The translations under genes were made by a program, and so were the position numbers. A DNA stretch of 64,000 nucleotides from Gekko japonicus (taxonomy: Eukaryota): the NCBI RefSeq assembly GCF_001447785.1, contig NW_015160215.1, positions 20,201-84,200 of the forward strand, given 5' to 3'. Position 1 is the stretch's first letter. Every line of letters begins with the position of its first letter. Shown one piece after another: positions 61,811 to 64,000 of this stretch. Below the pieces are notes generated by a model, which saw only the letters and a list, made by a program, of their open reading frames with translations, did no database searches and was not told the origin of the DNA.

Positions 61811-64000
61811 CCTGGCTAGTCCGGTCCTCCACTGTGGAGTTAGTCATCCAGCAAAGGATAGTGCTGCACATGCAGAAGGAAAAACCATGCTGTCTAAGCT
61901 GATGATTAATAACATAGGTGTGTCTTGGGGCTTTTTTTTTTTTATAATACCACTAGCAGACAATACCTGCACTGAAAAATAAGAGGAAAGGCAACTGAGC
62001 TTCCATGATGGGGATACATTTGCATCTGTATGTTCTTGCAGGCAGTGTTTCCACTGTAGGTCATTTGAATGATGCAGCTGACCATGCAGGTGCAATGAGG
62101 GGCCAAATTGCAGTGATTCTGCACTGAACAAGTATGCCATTTTAATGACCTTCCCATGATTTTGGGAGATGTGTGCCTTCACTGGTGATCAAGAATGTTC
62201 TGTAGGGCAACTGTGCATGTGCAAAAACACCAACAAGCTGTAATGCATAAGTTACAGATGCAGTAAGGCAAAATCCATCACAATGACTCCGTATCACAAG
62301 CGGTTCTTACACAGAGGCAAAGGCACCTGGCACAGCATTTGAGCTGAACACTGAGTGGCAGCGGCCAGGAGATTGGCTCATGTGCAAATAAGGAATTTAA
62401 TAACAACACATTTGATAGGGAGTCACATTCATATTGAAATCCACCGTGTTACCTGGCAAATCAGCCAGGCTTTTGGATGTCATCTCTATTGCTCCGCATA
62501 GAGGTGTGGAGCTACTTCATAAAAGCTGATGTGGGTTTCCCTCTGCTGCCTTGCCAGGCACACACCAATGCACCCAGACTGTTAATTCTTGAAGCTGTTC
62601 ACTTTGTTTCTCTCTATCAGCTCATTCTTTTCAGGTAACCAGCATGTAGGCCACTCTCAGGAGAAGCATGGGTAGGGCAGTCCCGTGGTCCCATAACACT
62701 GCATGGCTGCTAGTTTCTCCTCTGCATTCAACAAGCAGAAGACACAACCGTACTTGAAAGCTTCTTTCATAAACATGATTTCCTTCCTTTTATGTTCTAG
62801 TACTGAAAATCTTTTAGGGGTTGTTGTCCACTGCTGCATCCACAATTTTGGTAATAGTTCCCAGATTATGCTACCTGCTTCAATTTGCCAGATTCAGGAC
62901 TTTGGTCTTCTTAAACAAGCTCCAAATGTCCATCTGTTTGCACAGCATATCTGTAGCTAGTTTTACTTTTGTTGAAACTGTTTTTGGCTGTGAAACAATC
63001 ATGGATCATCTCTTTTCTGTTGTGAGTGTGCATGGATTGATTCTGTATTGCATTTCATATTGCATCTTTCCTCCCCCTGGAGAACTTTTTCTATTGAAAA
63101 GTGAGTCATAAATTTTCTAAATAACAAAATAAACTAAACAACACAAGTGTAGATACAGAAACAGATGCTAATGTAGAAAAACCAGAGATATTCCCACAGG
63201 GTCCCTAGTAATTCTGCTGCAACTCACCAGTCTTGATGGCATTCAGCAACAATGTCCCCCCATTACCCTGAAATGCATCACAATAATCGCCATGCAGCTA
63301 AATCTTTCCATGACATCATCCAGCTGAGTATATGCACAGACTCTACACATTGTATGCCACACTGTATGAAACGCCCCCCAGACTATTTCAGCACTTGAAA
63401 ACGGGGGGGGGGGGGGGACAAGAGCATGTCAGCCTGCCACACTTGTGAACACAATGAGGATCAGGTCCTCACAGGATTTTTAAATTGCCATCCATTCCAG
63501 TTTGGCCCAGAGATATAGCCAAAACAGAAATTAGAGAACAGCATCTGTTGTGGAGTAAGTTCTGACCAGAGGGATGTCCAGCTGCTTCTAGTTCTCTACA
63601 TATGGGCTTGGAGTGGCACAGTAGGTGCCTACTGCACATCTTGTGCCCGAGGGTGAGAAAATAATCTAGAGTTCTCCACTAAACCCAGTAGGGGTGTTTT
63701 AGCTTATGTCACCTCATTTGCAGGTAATGCAAAGGCAGTGTGGAATAGTTGTCAGATTAGGCCAGGGGTGAGGGGGGCTAGCCCCCTCTCAGATGTGCTC
63801 AGCCCCCTCCTGGTGGGGGCTTCGGTGTCAGTGCGGCTTTTCACATCCCCCAGATCTGGGCACATTGGGGCCTGATCTCTGCTTGTGGCTCGGCCAAGCC
63901 TGCTGGCCCAGGCTCTTTTCTCCTCTCTGGAAGTCACATACATGCCCCCTTGAAGCTCATTGACCTTCCCACTCTGGCAGCTCTGGAGGCAGAGAGAGGA

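Larger units (their letters stand above)
15211..64000 (+). other. GRIP1: Presumed GRIP1b first intron (continues past the window)
   Basis: GT donor at 15211; no downstream GRIP1 coding sequence (GRIP1a MIAVSFKC exon or EEFKGSTVVELMKK PDZ1 exon) recognised; TE-rich noncoding composition. Confidence 0.7.

Overview
Eukaryotic vertebrate DNA, almost certainly a squamate and probably a gecko (Sauria SINEs, Squam3-like tRNA SINEs, BovB, CR1, Penelope, R4/Dong). Only one host coding exon is recognisable. It lies in a CpG island (~14.3-15.95 kb) and is the first coding exon of the palmitoylated GRIP1b isoform of glutamate receptor-interacting protein 1 (ATG 15156, MPGWKKNIPVCLQAEQER, Cys11, GT donor at 15211, + strand). 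Sequence 5' of the island looks intergenic. Sequence 3' of it looks like a very large first intron with no further GRIP1 exon recognised. The intron carries many transposable elements. The most striking is a full-length, sense-oriented ~6.4-kb L1 with a 15-bp TSD, intact ORF1, a 1.1-kb inter-ORF spacer, and an ORF2 broken only by one missing A in an A8 run. Also present: a Penelope element with an inverted pLTR and a nested 566-bp insertion, decayed Penelope hammerhead motifs, a Helitron-like element full of hairpins spanning an assembly gap, hAT and PIF/Harbinger MITEs with readable TIRs/TSDs, a solo LTR, BovB, CR1, L2 and an R4/Dong 3' end. I found no convincing wholly new biological system. 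The best leads are a uORF just upstream of the GRIP1b start, the nearly intact L1 and its spacer, and several unusual TE structures. Family names come from recalled motifs, not database searches.
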